A stretch of DNA of 64,000 nt from Eledone cirrhosa (taxonomy: Eukaryota), in NCBI GenBank assembly GCA_964016885.1, contig OZ024744.1, positions 91,698,001 to 91,762,000 on the forward strand. The letters are read 5' to 3'. The notes below the pieces were generated by a model, which saw only the letters and a list, made by a program, of their open reading frames with translations, searched no databases and was not told the DNA's origin. The first letter of the stretch is position 1, and every line of letters begins with the position of its first letter. A program made the position numbers and the translations under genes. Of this stretch, positions 12,671-26,087 are shown in pieces.

Positions 12671-12829
12671 GGAGGTTGAATGTGTGAATGTAGAGGAGGT
12701 GTGAAGAAATTTGGGTGAGTAAAATCCATGGATTACCATTTGGTGATGTCTCTACCTGTTGATTGGGAGGAAACTGATGGATTTCTCTCACCTCTGGAAC
12801 TGACTATAGAGACAAGAACACAGACTCTC

Positions 12830-13472
12830 TCTCTATATATATATACATATACACATATACATATATACACATATACATATACATATATACACATATACAT
12901 AGATACACATATATACAGATTTATACATGCACATATACCCATATACATACACGTAAGTTACATATATATACACATACATATACATACGTTACATAAGTAA
13001 TATGTACATAAGTTATATATATACACACATACATATACATTCACATATACATATATACACATATACATAGATACACATATATACAGATTTATACATGCAC
13101 ATATACCCATATACATACACGTAAGTTACATATATATATACACATACATAAACATACGTTACATAAGTAATATGTACATAAGTTATATATATACACACAT
13201 ACATAAACATACACATATACATATATACACATATACATAGATACACATATATACAGATTTATACATCCACATATACCCATATACATACACGTAAGTTACA
13301 TATATATACACATACATATACACATACATATACATACATATAAATATGCATGTAAGTGACACATATTTACATATATATATATTCATACAGACATACATAT
13401 ATACACATATACATAGATACACATATATACAGATTTATACATGCACATATACCCATATACATACACGTAAGT

Positions 13473-13506
<34 letters not shown>

Positions 13507-13813
13507 CACATACATATACATACACATATACATACATATAAATATGCATGTAAGTTACACATATTTACATATATATATATATACATACAGACATACGTAT
13601 ATACATACATATATACATACACATAAGTTACATATATATATACATACACATATACACATATACATACATATACATACACATACGTTACACATATATATAT
13701 ACAAATATATACATATACACATATACATATACATACATGTAAGTTGCACATATATACACATATATACATACACATATACATACACATACACATACATACA
13801 CACACACATATAT

Positions 13814-13904
<91 letters not shown>

Positions 13905-13905
13905 T
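12830..13905. repeat. (TA/CA) compound microsatellite with longer internal duplications
   Basis: Recurring ACAGATTTATACATGCACATATACCCATATACATACACGTAAGTTAC blocks. Confidence 0.9.
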
Positions 13906-13906
13906 A

Positions 13907-14242
13907 CATGGCTTAGTGGTTAGAGCATTGGCCTTGCAATCGAAAGGTTGTGAGTTCAATTCTCAGACCGGGTGATGTGTTGTTTCCTTGAGCAAGACAC
14001 TTTATTTCACATTGCTCCAGTTTACTCAGCTGTAGAAATGAGATGATAGGACTGGGGTCCCTATCATTCCACTGCAAAGTGGTCGTGGAGGGTCCATCGC
14101 AAAAAAGCCACCAGCACTCACTGTAAATGAGGTTGGTGTTAGGAAGGGCATCCAGCTGTAGAAATCAAGCCAGCATCAATTCCCGTCCCACCCTTGCAAG
14201 CAGGGAAAAGCGGACGTAAAATGGAATGATGATGATGATGAT
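13907..14242 (+). mobile_element. SINE family A
   Basis: Near full-length copy. Confidence 0.9.
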
Positions 14243-14244
14243 GG

Positions 14245-15716
14245 CATACACATACACATATACACATATACACATATACATACATATACATACAAATACA
14301 CATACATACAGATACCTGCACACACACGTGCACACACACACATATACACATACCTGTACACACTTGCACACACATACAAATACACATATATACGCACATA
14401 CAACTATCTGCACATACACACACATACAAATACACATACACACACACACACGTACAAATACATAATTTACAAATGCACACACATACATACACATACACAT
14501 ACATAACTGCACACACACACGCATACACATACATGTACATACATGCACACACAGTGCACATGCACACATAGTGCACATGCACACAGGACGTGTAAATGGA
14601 CATGCATACACATACACATACATATGCAAATTCATGTGCATATGCACATGGCACATGTTTGTGCATACACATATACACATACACATACACGCATACACAT
14701 ACACACACACAGCACATGTGTGTGCAAACACATACACATATGTAAACATACATATGTAAACACATGCGCATATACACACAACACATATGTGCATAGAAAC
14801 ACACACACACACACAGCACATGTGCATATACACACAACACATATGTGCACACACATACATATGTGCATGCACATGCATACATACACATACACACAAAACA
14901 CATGTATATATATTCACACTCACTCAGCACATGTGCATGCATATGCATACACACACATACACACAAAACACACATATATATATATATATATATTCACACA
15001 TTCACTCAGCACATGTGCATGCATATGCATACACACACATACACACAAAACACACACATACATATTCACACTCATTCAGCACATGTGCATGCATATGCAT
15101 ACACACACATACACACAAAACACACATATATATATATATATATATATTCACACATTCACTCAGCACATGTGCATGCATATGCATACACACACATACACAC
15201 AAAACACACACATACATATTCACACACTCATTCAGCACATGTGCATGCATATGCATACACACACATACACACAAAACACACATATATATATATATATTCA
15301 CACACTCATGCAGCACACGTGCATGCATATGCATACACACACATACACACAAAACACACATATATATATATATATATATTCACACATTCACTCAGCACAT
15401 GTGCATGCATATGCATACACACACATACACACAAAACACACACATACATATTCACACATTCACTCAGCACATGTGCATGCATATGCATACACACACATAC
15501 ACACAAAGCACACATATATATATATATATTCACACACTCACGCAGCACATGTGCATGCATATGCATACACACACACATACACACAAAACACACATATATA
15601 TATATTCACACACTCACGCAGCACATGTGCATACATATGCATACGCACACATACACACAAAACACACACATACATATGCATACACACATATTCACACACT
15701 CACACACACATATATA
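14245..15716. repeat. CA/TA-rich tract including a ~65-75-bp minisatellite
   Basis: Unit CAGCACATGTGCATGCATATGCATACACACACATACACACAAAACACACA...ATTCACAC, repeated about 11 times. Confidence 0.9.
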
Positions 15717-15877
15717 TGATAGGATTCAGTCTACCAAAGTCCACTCACAAGACATTAGTCAACCCATGGCAATAGTAGAAGAGTCTTGTTCAATATGTCA
15801 CACAGTGACACTAAACTTAAAGCCATATTGATCTGCAGTGAACTCTTTAAACACATAATCACATAACCATACCTACA

Positions 15878-15917
<40 letters not shown>

Positions 15918-15920
<3 letters not shown>

Positions 15921-16243
15921 TCATCATCATTTTACGTCCGCTTTTCCCTGCTTGCAAGGGTGGGACGGGAACTGATTCTGGCTTGATTTCTACAGCTGGA
16001 TGCCCTTCCTAACACCAACCTCATTTACAGTGAGTGCTGGGTGCTTTTTTTGCCGTGGCACCTCCACGACCACTTTGCAGTGGAATGATAGGGACCCCAG
16101 TCCTATCACCTCATTTCTACAGCTGAGTAAACTGGAGCAATGTGAAATAAAGTGTCTTGCTCAAGGAAACAACACATCACCCGGTCTGAGAATTGAACTG
16201 ACAACCTTTCGATTGCAAGGTCAATGCTCTAACCACTAAGCCA
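15918..16243 (-). mobile_element. SINE family A
   Basis: Near full-length copy flanked by (TA)n. Confidence 0.9.
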
Positions 16244-16523
16244 TATATATATATATATATACACACAGACATATATATATATAATAATAAAATGTGGAGA
16301 GGAAGCACACTAGTTAGGATATATACATGAAAACAGGGAGAAAGAGACGATTATTAGGAAGAAAAATATTTTTTTTTTCCTTTTTTGTTTCTCTCTCTCT
16401 TTTTTCTGGGTTAGAAAATGATTAAAACGAAATGTTTTACTTTGTGTGAAGTGTTAAGGTATTAGTTGATTTATTTATTATTTAACAATGGCATTTATTT
16501 ATCTATTTATATATTTAATAATT

Positions 16524-16568
16524 GTCTATTACCGGTTTCAGCATTTTTATGCATTATCAAATGATAGC
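16524..16568 (-). ncRNA. Hammerhead-like motif with U3/A8 core variant
   Basis: TTGATAA t GCAT aaaa ATGC t GAAA ccgg TA; helix I is weak. Confidence 0.45.
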
Positions 16569-16636
16569 GAAATGTATTAGTGTGGTGTCACACATGTTAA
16601 AGAGAAGGTGCAGAAAGAATAATGTTATTTACAAAC

Positions 16637-16808
16637 AAGGTTTATGAAGTGAAAAGAAAAAAGAAAAAAACGGGCATAATGTAGAGCATAAAAAGCCAAT
16701 GTGGAAGAAAAAATAATTATTATTATTTTCTTCCACATTGACTTTTTATGCTCTACATTATGCCCGTTTTTTTTCTTTTTTTTTTTTTCTTTTCACTTTA
16801 TAAACCTT
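16637..16808. repeat. Long fold-back, ~80-bp arms, almost no loop
   Basis: ACGGGCATAATGTAGAGCATAAAAAGCCAATGTGGAAGAAAA is followed by its reverse complement. Confidence 0.9.
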
Positions 16809-16872
16809 CTTTAAAACATTTTTTTCGATTCTGCCCTGCCCGTCCCTTCAATCTTTCTAATTTCTCATTGTT

Positions 16873-17100
16873 TCTTCCAATGAAGGACTAGCGTCCGAAA
16901 CGTTAAGACCCTCTTCCTGCTATTTTAAGCGTTAAACTACTATATTCCTTCCATATGCTGAACTGATTGTGTTGTTATTTCTGTTTATGAAGCACTAGCG
17001 TCCGAAATGTTAAGACCCTCTTCCTGTTATTTCAAGCATTAAACTAATATATTCCTTCCATATACTCTACTGATTGTGGTTATTTCTGTTTACCTTTTAC
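16873..17100 (+). mobile_element. Tandem Penelope-type pLTR fragments with a degenerate hammerhead
   Basis: tctt CCAATGA a GGAC tagc GTCC GAAA cg TT aaga; unit repeated at ~16987; the same tail occurs at 930-1003. Confidence 0.55.
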
Positions 17101-17109
17101 ATATATATA

Positions 17110-17531
17110 TGTGATAAAAGCCGACCTTACGCAATTGCACCTCTCAAAGGCGATGACACACGACCGTGGCCTCTGGCGTCACAACCAGTAATACAGAAGA
17201 CCCGACTTTTCATGGGTACAAGCTGAAGCATATAGACAATATGCCCGCACACCCTTCCACTGCAAAGTGGTCGTGGAGGTGCCATGGTAAAAAAGCATCC
17301 AGCCCACACTGTTAAGTGGTCATGTAAAAGTGCCACGGTAAAAAAGCACCTAGTACTCACTGTAAATGAGGTTGGTGTTAGGAAGGGCATCCAGCTGTAG
17401 AAATCAAGCTAGAATCAGTAATATATGAGCAAGACATGGTCACCTGACCTGGCATTGCCCACAACAAGACAACTCGTCTATCCCATACTAGCGTGGAAGA
17501 ACGAACGTAAAACAGTGATGATGATGATGAT
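17110..17531 (+). mobile_element. RTE 3' fragment (subfamily A)
   Basis: VIKADLTQLHLSK coding followed by the 3'UTR, as in the full-length RTE. Confidence 0.9.
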
Positions 17532-17732
17532 ATATTAAATAAGATGTTAGGATGTGCTTATAGGAGAACTTGAATTTGGCTGCTATTTATAGCAGCAGAT
17601 CAAGCAAATGTGTTATGGTTCTCTCATTGTCTTGTCATATTAACCATTATTTCTCCTACGCAAAGAAAAACCAGTGTTTTTGCAATATCTAAATATATCT
17701 CTAACTGGAGGCATTGGTTCGATTGTATGTAA

Positions 17733-17859
17733 ATGTTATCACAAGGAGGGATTCAAAGAATACAGAATAGAATACGAATCAGTTCATGGATATTTCTGTT
17801 GTTCTTTTCTTCTGAAATTTCCTTTTGTTTTCTGGAGTTCCAAGAATTTGAAGAGGATG
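17733..17859 (+). CDS. Candidate first coding exon (signal-peptide-like) of an unknown small protein
   Basis: ATG-initiated MLSQGGIQRIQNRIRISSWIFLLFFSSEISFCFLEFQEFEED ends at donor G|GTAAGA (phase 1) in a unique-sequence island; no homology recognised. Confidence 0.35.
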
Positions 17860-17999
17860 GTAAGAACTAAATAAATGAGAATCAATGTCCCAGAGAAGCA
17901 AATTTCCAAATTTCTAATTCAGTTTTGAATTCCCAGTTGATTATACTTCATCATTTCACTAAACATTACTACTCTACTCATGTCTCTCTTTTTTGTTGT

Positions 18000-19083
18000 T
18001 GTAGTGGTAGCTTTAGTAGTGTGGTGGTAGCTGCAGTGGTATGGTGGTAGCTATGGTCGTATGGCAGTAGCTGCAGTGGTGTAGTGGTAGTTTTATTAGT
18101 GTGGTGAAAGTTGCAGTGGTATGGTGGCAGTAATGTGATATGGTGGTAGCTACAGTGGTATGGTGGTATGATGGTAGTTGCAGTGGTGTGATGGTAGCTT
18201 TAGTAGTGTGCTGGAAGTTGCAGTGGTATGGTGGTGGTATGATGATATGGTGGTAGCTACAGTGGTATGGCGGTAGCTGTAGTGGTGTGATGGTAGCTTT
18301 AGTAGTGTGGTAGAAGTTGCAGTGGTATGGTGATACTATGGAGGTACTATAGTGGTGTAGTGGTAGCTGCAGTGCTGTGGTGGTATGGTGGCAGCTGCAG
18401 TGGTATGGTGGTAGATACAATGGTGAGGTGGTAGCCGCAGTGGTATGGTAGTAGATACAATGGTGAGGTGGGAGCTGCAGTGGTATGGTGGTAGATACAA
18501 CACTGAGGTGATAGCTGCAGTGGTATAGTGGTAGATATAACGGTAAGGTGGCAGCTGCAGTGGTGTGGTGTTGTGTTTGCTGCAGTTGTGTGGTAGCTTT
18601 AGTGGTATGGTGGTATGGTGGTAGATACAATAGTGAGATGGTAGCTGCAGTGGTGTTGTGTTGTTGCTGCTGCAGTTGTGTGGTAGCTTTAGTGGTATGG
18701 TGGTATGGTGGTAGCTGCAGTGGTGGTGGTAGATACAATAGTGAGGTGGTAGCTGCAGTGGTATGGTGGTAGATGAAATGGTGAGGTGGTAGCTGCAGTG
18801 GTATGGTGGTAGCTTTAGTAGTGTAGCAAAAGCTTCAGTGGTATGATGGTGTGGTGGTAGCTGCAATGGTGTAGTGGTAGCTGCAGTGGTGTGGTGGTAG
18901 ATAAAATGGCGAGGTGGTAGCTGCAGTCGTATGGTGGTAGCTTTAGTAGTGTAGCAAAAGCTTCAGTGGTATGATGGTGTGGTGGTAGCTACAGTGGTGT
19001 AGTGGTAGCTGCAGTGGTGTAGTGGTAGCTTCAGTAGTGTAGGGGTATGGTTGTAACTGCAATGGTGTAGTTTGGTAATGGTG
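18000..19083. repeat. Degenerate GTGGTAGCTGCAGTGGTATG-type minisatellite
   Basis: Direct inspection. Confidence 0.9.
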
Positions 19084-19247
19084 TTAGCATAATAGCTTTA
19101 ATACCATTCTTGGATTTATTGAAAGTAAGTTGTAGATGTGTGTATGGGGGGTTGACTGGGAGACCCATTTGAGAAACAAGATAAATTGTTCCACTTCTCT
19201 ACATTTTGAGTTCAAATCCTTATTTATACTTAGACTTAGAAGCTCCC

Positions 19248-20240
19248 GCATCTTGAGACACATGAGGCAGCCAAAGTGTTCCAATGACCACAGTCAGTTA
19301 CATCTATCAATATATCTCACATCTTGAGACACATGAGGCAGCCAAAGTGTTCCAATGACCACAGTCAGTTACATCTATCAATACATCTCACATCTTGAGA
19401 CACATGAGGCAGCCAAAGTGTTCCAATGACCACAGTCAGTTACATCTATCAATATATCTCACATCTTGAGACACATGAGGCAGCCAAAGTGTTCCAATGA
19501 CCACAGTCAGTTACATCTATCAATACATCTCACATCTTGAGACACATGAGGCAGCCAAAGTGTTCCAATGACCACAGTCAGTTACATCTATCAATATATC
19601 TCACATCTTGAGACACATGAGGCAGCCAAAGTGTTCCAATGACCACAGTCAGTTACATCTATCAATACATCCCACATCTTGAGACACATGAGGCAGCCAA
19701 AGTGTTCCAATGACCACCACAGTCAGTTACATCTATCAATATATCTCACATCTTGAGACACATGAGGCAGCCAAAGTGTTCCAATGACCACAGTCAGTTA
19801 CATCTATCAATACATCTCACATCTTGAGACACATGAGGCAGCCAAAGTGTTCCAATGACCACAGTCAGTTACATCTATCAATACATCTCACATCTTGAGA
19901 CACATGAGGCAGCCAAAGTGTTCCAATGACCACAGTCAGTTACATCTATCAATATATCTCACATCTTGAGACACATGAGGCAGCCAAAGTGTTCCAATGA
20001 CCACAGTCAGTTACATCTGTCAATATATCTCACATCTTGAGACACATGAGGCAGCCAAAGTGTTCCAATGACCATAGTCAGTTACATCTGTCAATATATC
20101 TCACATCTTGAGACACATGAGGCAGCCAAAGTGTTCCAATGACCATAGTCAGTTACATCTATCAATACATCCCACATCTTGAGACACATGAGGCAGCCAA
20201 AGTTCTCTAATGACCACCACATTCAGTTAGATCTATCAAT
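19248..20240 (+). repeat. 71-bp tandem repeat, 14 copies
   Basis: Unit ACATCTTGAGACACATGAGGCAGCCAAAGTGTTCCAATGACCACAGTCAGTTACATCTATCAATAYATCTC. Confidence 0.95.
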
Positions 20241-20276
20241 CAATATATTATTCCAACTTTTGTTGATGGATTTCAG

Positions 20277-20354
20277 GTCTCTGTCACCAGTTCCTTTTGA
20301 GATGTCCTCTTTGCCTCTTTCCATTGGAGGGGTGTCATACCAGTTCAAATCCAG
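20277..20354 (+). CDS. Candidate 78-nt internal exon (Cys-rich in the phase-1 frame)
   Basis: Acceptor TTTCAG|, donor CCAG|GTACGG; reads (G)LCHQFLLRCPLCLFPLEGCHTSSNP. Confidence 0.35.
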
Positions 20355-20361
20355 GTACGGT

Positions 20362-20577
20362 TTAACCCTTTAGCACTTAAACTGGCTATATCCGGCCAGA
20401 ATTCTCTCACCCCTTTCTGTTCAAACCTGTTGTAACTGGCCACTCATACTTATGTTAAGGTATTGTTCTCAAAATAAATAGTATCAAAATCTCATAGATT
20501 TGATATTATGTGACGTAAAGCCTTTTCTGTGAAAATATAATAGTAAATATAGAGTAATGTGAATGCTAAAGGTTTAA
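20362..20577 (+). mobile_element. TTAA-flanked MITE (family 1, piggyBac-like)
   Basis: TTAA-CCCTTTAGCA...TGCTAAAGGT-TTAA. Confidence 0.75.
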
Positions 20578-21680
20578 TTTACTGTTAATCTTTTCATGTG
20601 GTGGTGGTGGGGTTGATAAAGAAAATAACAACCCACTCTCTCTCTATCCAGCTGCTACATCTTTCATGTTCTGCTAAATCAAAAGTGGAAGGTTCGAGAG
20701 GATGCCTCTGTCTACTTGCATATACATGGTGACCTAAGTCGTACTCGATTGCAAGTTACAGCTGTATTTTTATTTTTTTTTAGATAATGTATACAGAAGT
20801 ATAACTAGGTAAAATAGCGCCTATGACAAGCAGTGAAATTGTGCCCCTGCCAAGCATTGTATTTTTACCTATGGGTGTAATAATTTATATAAATGATTTA
20901 ATGATTCAGCCACCAATGACCTCACCCATGATAATCAATCATACATCTGAAGGAGTTTCTTTTTTCACTCTGTGACGAGGCTTATTTGACTTTAATAGAA
21001 TGTGCTTCTAGTCCAAGTGGTGTCCCTTTCATGTGGCGCCTATGACACGTACCATGCTTGCCATACCATAGTATGAGTCTATATAGTGTTGTTGTTTCTC
21101 TCTGGCCTAGGAATACTTCTTTTCATAGCAGAACAGGGGGGAGGGGGCAAAGAAGAATGGTAAACTAACAATAATTTGGCATAGAACTTTGTGGATTACA
21201 AGCACTGATCCTCAACCCTTTTCCAGACACTTGTTCACAACATTTTGAAGGAAGAATTCAGGGACTTGAAACAAATTCTAATTCTATCTATCTTTCACCT
21301 GTCACACACACACACACTCTCTCTCTCACTGCATTTCTCTCTCAATAACAACAACAACATCCTGTCGTTATAATGAAAATATCTTTTAAAGTCTGTGTTG
21401 TGACACACACACAACAACAAAAACTTTATGTATTATATATATAATTGTTTCTACTTTTGGCACAAGGCCAGCAATTACCCAGTACATTACTGGTACTTTA
21501 TTTTATCGACCCCGTAAGGATGAAACGATCGTCAGCCATTAAATGCATTGAATAAAAATGTGATTGTTTTATATGTTGTATTGCTGCTCTGTAATACATC
21601 TGATAATTTACATTAAACTAATTTTCTTACTGTTAATTGGATAATACAAAATATTACCTGTTCGTATTTATAATTGTATA

Positions 21681-22027
21681 TGGAGGCACATGGCTTAGTG
21701 GTTAGAGCATTGGGCTTGCAATTGTAAGGTTGTGAGTTCAATTCTCAGACTGGGTGATGTGTTGTTTCCTTGAGCAAAACACTTTATTTCACATTGTTCC
21801 AGTTTACTCAGCTGTAGAAATGAGATGATAGGGACTGGGGTCGCTATCATTCCACTGCAAAGTGGTCGTGGAGGTGCCACGGCAAAAAAGCACCCAGCAC
21901 TCACTGTAAATGAGGTTGGTGTTAGGAAGGGCATCCAGCTGTAGAAATCAAGCCAGAATCAGTTCCCGTCCCACCCTTGCAAGCAGGGAAAGGTGGACGT
22001 AAAATGAAATGAAAAAAATGAAATGAT
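21681..22027 (+). mobile_element. SINE family A
   Basis: Full-length copy; partial SINE B pieces at 21443-21525 and 22048-22163. Confidence 0.9.
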
Positions 22028-22470
22028 ATAGATTATATATATAAGTATTCAAATCCCGCCGAGGTTAACTTTGCCTTTCATCCTTACGGGGTCGATGATA
22101 AAATAAAGTACCAGTAATACACTGGGATAATTGCTGGCCTTGTGCCAAAAGTAGAAACAATTATATATATATATATATATATATAAGTGTGACAAACAGA
22201 CAGAGAAGCAGATCTTCCTTTGTAACATAATGGATCATTACCAGAATGACATCAAAATCTCTTCTTTGTCGTTTTTTTTCTCTTTTATCTTTTTAGATCT
22301 TAAGCATTTAAAACATTATGATATTGTAGCGCTTCCCCTACCTCCATATATAAAAGCTGTCATTTTTTTTAATGATAAATAAATTTAATTTGAATAAAAT
22401 GGTGCCATTCTTTGCTTAACTTTTAGCATGCTAGTAATTTCTATGAATTGTTTCCCTTGATACTACATTT

Positions 22471-22655
22471 GGATTGGCAGTATCAGTAAAGCATTGGACA
22501 ATATGCTTTGCAGCATACAGTTATGGCCCTTTACGGTCTAAGTACAAATCCTGCCGAGGTTAACATTGCCTTTTATCCCTATGGAGTCGATAAAATAAAG
22601 TACCAGTAATGCATTGGGGTAATTGCTGGCCTTGTGTCAAAAGTAGAAACAATTA
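22471..22655 (+). mobile_element. SINE family B
   Basis: Diverged full-length copy. Confidence 0.85.
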
Positions 22656-22659
22656 TTTA

Positions 22660-22887
22660 TTAACCCTTTAATGTTCAAACCGGCCAAAACCGGCCAGAAT
22701 TCTCTACCTCTTTCTGTTGAAACTGGCTGTAACTGGTCACTCAAACTGATGTTAAGGTATTGTTCTCAAAATAAATACTTTCAAAATCTCATAGATTCGA
22801 TATTATGTGAGATAATTATGTGAGATAAAGCATTTGCCATGAAAATACAATAGTATATATAGAGTAATGTGAATACTGAAGAGTTAA
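22660..22887 (+). mobile_element. TTAA-flanked MITE (family 1)
   Basis: Homologous to 20362-20577. Confidence 0.7.
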
Positions 22888-23019
22888 GGAGAGATTACTC
22901 TATGGTGCATTATGTCGCCAATAGCATGCTAAAAGTTAATTGCCCTAAGCATGTGTTTCTTTTGTTTAATAGTTAAGCCAGCTCGGACCACTGGTGGTCA
23001 ACTTTTTCAATAATCATAT

Positions 23020-23410
23020 CTAATACAAGCAGCTGAAATGGGGTTCCTCAGAAGAGTGTATGGAGTCACGTTACTTGATAGAGTGTGTAGCTCAGAGATC
23101 AGAAAGTCACTCCAGGTAGAGCTGCTACTTCTCTGAATTGAGAGATCACAGCTCTGATACTATCAACATGGGTTAGAATGTCTGAGGAAAGAATTGCTGG
23201 ACAGATTTTATGGGCAAAACCAACTGGCATGAGACCCAGGGGTAGACACCGAGCAAGATGGTTGGATAACATCCATGAGCTTGGCTGGTCTCGTTTGGGG
23301 ATCCAGTCAGATCAATTGGAGACAGTTGCTTCCGACAGGACTTGATGGAAGGAGTGTTTGAGGATTTTGCCCCCACAATCCTCTCAGGAATAAGGGGGCA
23401 AAGAAGAAGT
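23020..23410 (+). pseudogene. Degenerate Rex3/Expander-like RTE 3' end
   Basis: QAAEMGFLRRVYGVTLLDRVCSSEIRKSLQVELLLL*IERSQL; a second copy lies at 28165-28432 (minus). Confidence 0.7.
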
Positions 23411-24911
23411 GTCTACCAGAGAAATTTATAGAATAAAAATACTCCTGAAATACTTGCATCACCAAATCTTACATGATTCTTTGACTAACAGATATTTGGC
23501 AACTAAGCATTTCCATTGTAATGATTTAGTAGAAAATATCTAAAAACAAGGTCATTCATTCAGATGTTTATAGTATCTTTACTAGTGCACAGTTTGATGT
23601 TAAAATTTGCAGTATTATCTCTTAACATCCTTCAATGATTTAGCAGAAAATATCTAAAAACATGTTTGTTAATTCAAATGTTTTATACTTTTCAATGTCT
23701 TCCTAATATGGTTTGTTAATTCAAATATTTATTTAGTATCTTTACTGGTGGTCTGGTTATTGTGAACATTTGCAGAAAACTAAAGTAAAAACTAATATTT
23801 AATGTGATTCTTGTTAATGTGGTCCATGTGGTACAGGATGTTAAGAGTTAATGTGATACAGTCATAGTACTGTTTTATACTTTTCAACAATGTCTTGTTA
23901 ATGTGGTTTCATGTGGTACAGGATGTTAAGAGTTAATGTAATATAGTCACAGTACTGTTTTGTAATTTTCAAGAATGTCTGGTTAATGTGGTTTCATGTG
24001 GTACAGGATGTTAAGAGTTAAAGGAGCCTCAGATCTTTTCATTCCTTGATGTTTTGAAGAAAGCAAGTTTGTTTGTGGGGTAATAAGCTATCTATAAATT
24101 ATATACTTATAAATTTAGAATTTCCATCACCACCACCACTACCATCATCATCACCACCACCACTACCATCATCACCACCACCACTACCATCATCATCACC
24201 ACTACTACTACTCTTGAACAAGAAGTAAGTGTTGCTTCCAGCTTACTTGATGGTATGCATGGATGCCTAGACAAAAAAAAAAAATGAGATTATAATTTTC
24301 GCAACATATATTTGAATAAATTCTTGGAAATGGCAGAAAAAACATGGTCTGGGCAGGTAGTCTAATTTTGTTCTTTTATCTAACCTTAGATGTAAAAAAT
24401 CAAACAAACAAACAAAAAAATTGAATGCAAATTTTGAGGAAAGCACACATACATTCATCCACACACCCACACGCAAAGAAAACAAAAAAAAAACAAAACA
24501 AAAAAAGGACCCCTAAAGAAATAAAAGAAGTCAGCATTAAAACTAATAAATCAAATGTATTGTCAGATATTCAATACTGTTTTGCCCTTCGCCCACCTTT
24601 CTCGCAATACCACCCACACACACAGACACAGATAGAACTCCACATGTTTAATTTAAAATCAACATAATATCTATAAAATGTTCTTAATTGCACACATGTG
24701 TATATGGTGTATATATTAGTGATTAATTAGTTTAGCAGTAATACGTGCCAGATCTTTTTAACTGGATAGAACTCTGAGATAAGAATTTAGAACTATGTGT
24801 AAATGTACTGTACTATTAGATTGGAGGTTTTTTTGTTTTATTTTCAAGCTGAGTATATGTTTGTCTGTGTCTCTGGCTCTGGGTCTCAGGAACTGGTAGA
24901 TTATTTTTACG

Positions 24912-25540
24912 TTGAAAAGTACAAAACAGTACTATGACTGTATCACATTAACTCTTAACAACCTGTACCACATGAAACCACACTAACAAGACATTGTTGA
25001 AAAATACAAAACAGTACTATGACTGTATTACATTAACTCTTAACATCCTGTACCACATGAAACCACATTAACAAGACATTGTTGAAAAGTACAAAACAGT
25101 ACTATGACTGTATCACATTAACTCTTAACATCCTGTACCACATGAAACCACATTAACAAGACTTTCTTGAAAAATACAAAACAGTACTATGACTGTATTA
25201 CATTAACTCTTAACATCCTGTACCATATGAAACCACATTAACAAGACATTGTTGAAAATTACAAAACAGTACTATGACTGTATCACATTAACTCTTAACA
25301 TCCTGTACCACATGAAACCACATTAACAAGACATTGTTGAAAAGTATAAAACAGTACTATGACTGTATCACATTAACTCTTAACATCCTGTACAACATGA
25401 AACCACATTAACAAGACATTGTTGAAAAGTACAAAACAGTACTATGACTGTATCACATTAACTGTTAACATCCTGTACCACATGAAACCACATTAACAAG
25501 ACATTCTTTAAAAGTATAAAACACCACTATGACTGTATCG
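24912..25540 (+). repeat. 85-bp tandem repeat, about 7 copies; inverted copies at 23808-24020
   Basis: CAGTACTATGACTGTATCACATTAACTCTTAACATCCTGTACCACATGAAACCACATTAACAAGAC recurs with period 85. Confidence 0.95.
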
Positions 25541-25731
25541 CATTGAAAATTAAAGATTTTACTTTAGTTTTCTGCAAATATTCACAACAATCTGATACCA
25601 GTAAAGATACTACAAATATTTGAATTAACAAACTATATTAGCAAGATATTGTAAAGTATAAAAGTTATGTTGAACTAAACAGTCTAAAAGTTTTGCATTT
25701 ACTTATTTGTTTTGTTTTGTTTTTCCTACTC

Positions 25732-26087
25732 TTAACCCTTAACATTTACATTACTCTATATATACTATTATATTTCATGGTAAACAATTTATCTCACATA
25801 ATATTGAATCTATGAGATTTTTATATTATTTATTTTGAGAACAATACCTTAACATCAGTATGAGTGGCCGGTTACAGCCAGTTTGAACAGAAAAAGGTGA
25901 GAGAATACTGGCCAGATATGGCCGAGATAATTACCTCACATAATATCGAATCTATAAGATTTTTATGTTATTTATTTTGAGAACAATACCTTAACATCAG
26001 TATGAACAGCTGGTTACAGCCAGTTTGAACAGAAAGAGGTGAGAGAACTCTGGCCGGATATGGCTGGTTTAAATGGTAAAGGGTTAA
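25732..26087 (-). mobile_element. TTAA MITE (family 1) with internal duplication
   Basis: TTAACCCTT...AAAGGGTTAA; the internal segment occurs twice. Confidence 0.7.

Noticed and set aside
14543-15831. Long His/Thr/Cys-rich ORFs (also the YIYI, VVVM, HHHH and TTTT ORFs throughout)
   Set aside because: These are translations of stop-free microsatellites and minisatellites.
20796-21080. hAT-like MITE
   Set aside because: An internal GCGCCTATGACA repeat is suggestive, but TIRs and an 8-bp TSD could not be verified.
21681-21755. tRNA gene
   Set aside because: A and B boxes are present, but there is no proper acceptor stem and the sequence is always fused to the SINE body; it is a SINE head.
22297-22382. 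SOCS-box assignment for IVALPLPPYIK
   Set aside because: Only the LPLP half resembles the motif and there is no convincing BC-box; kept only as an exon candidate.
24119-24223. Exon bounded by TTTAG and GTAAGT
   Set aside because: The body is a (CAC/CAT)n microsatellite and the acceptor lacks a pyrimidine tract.
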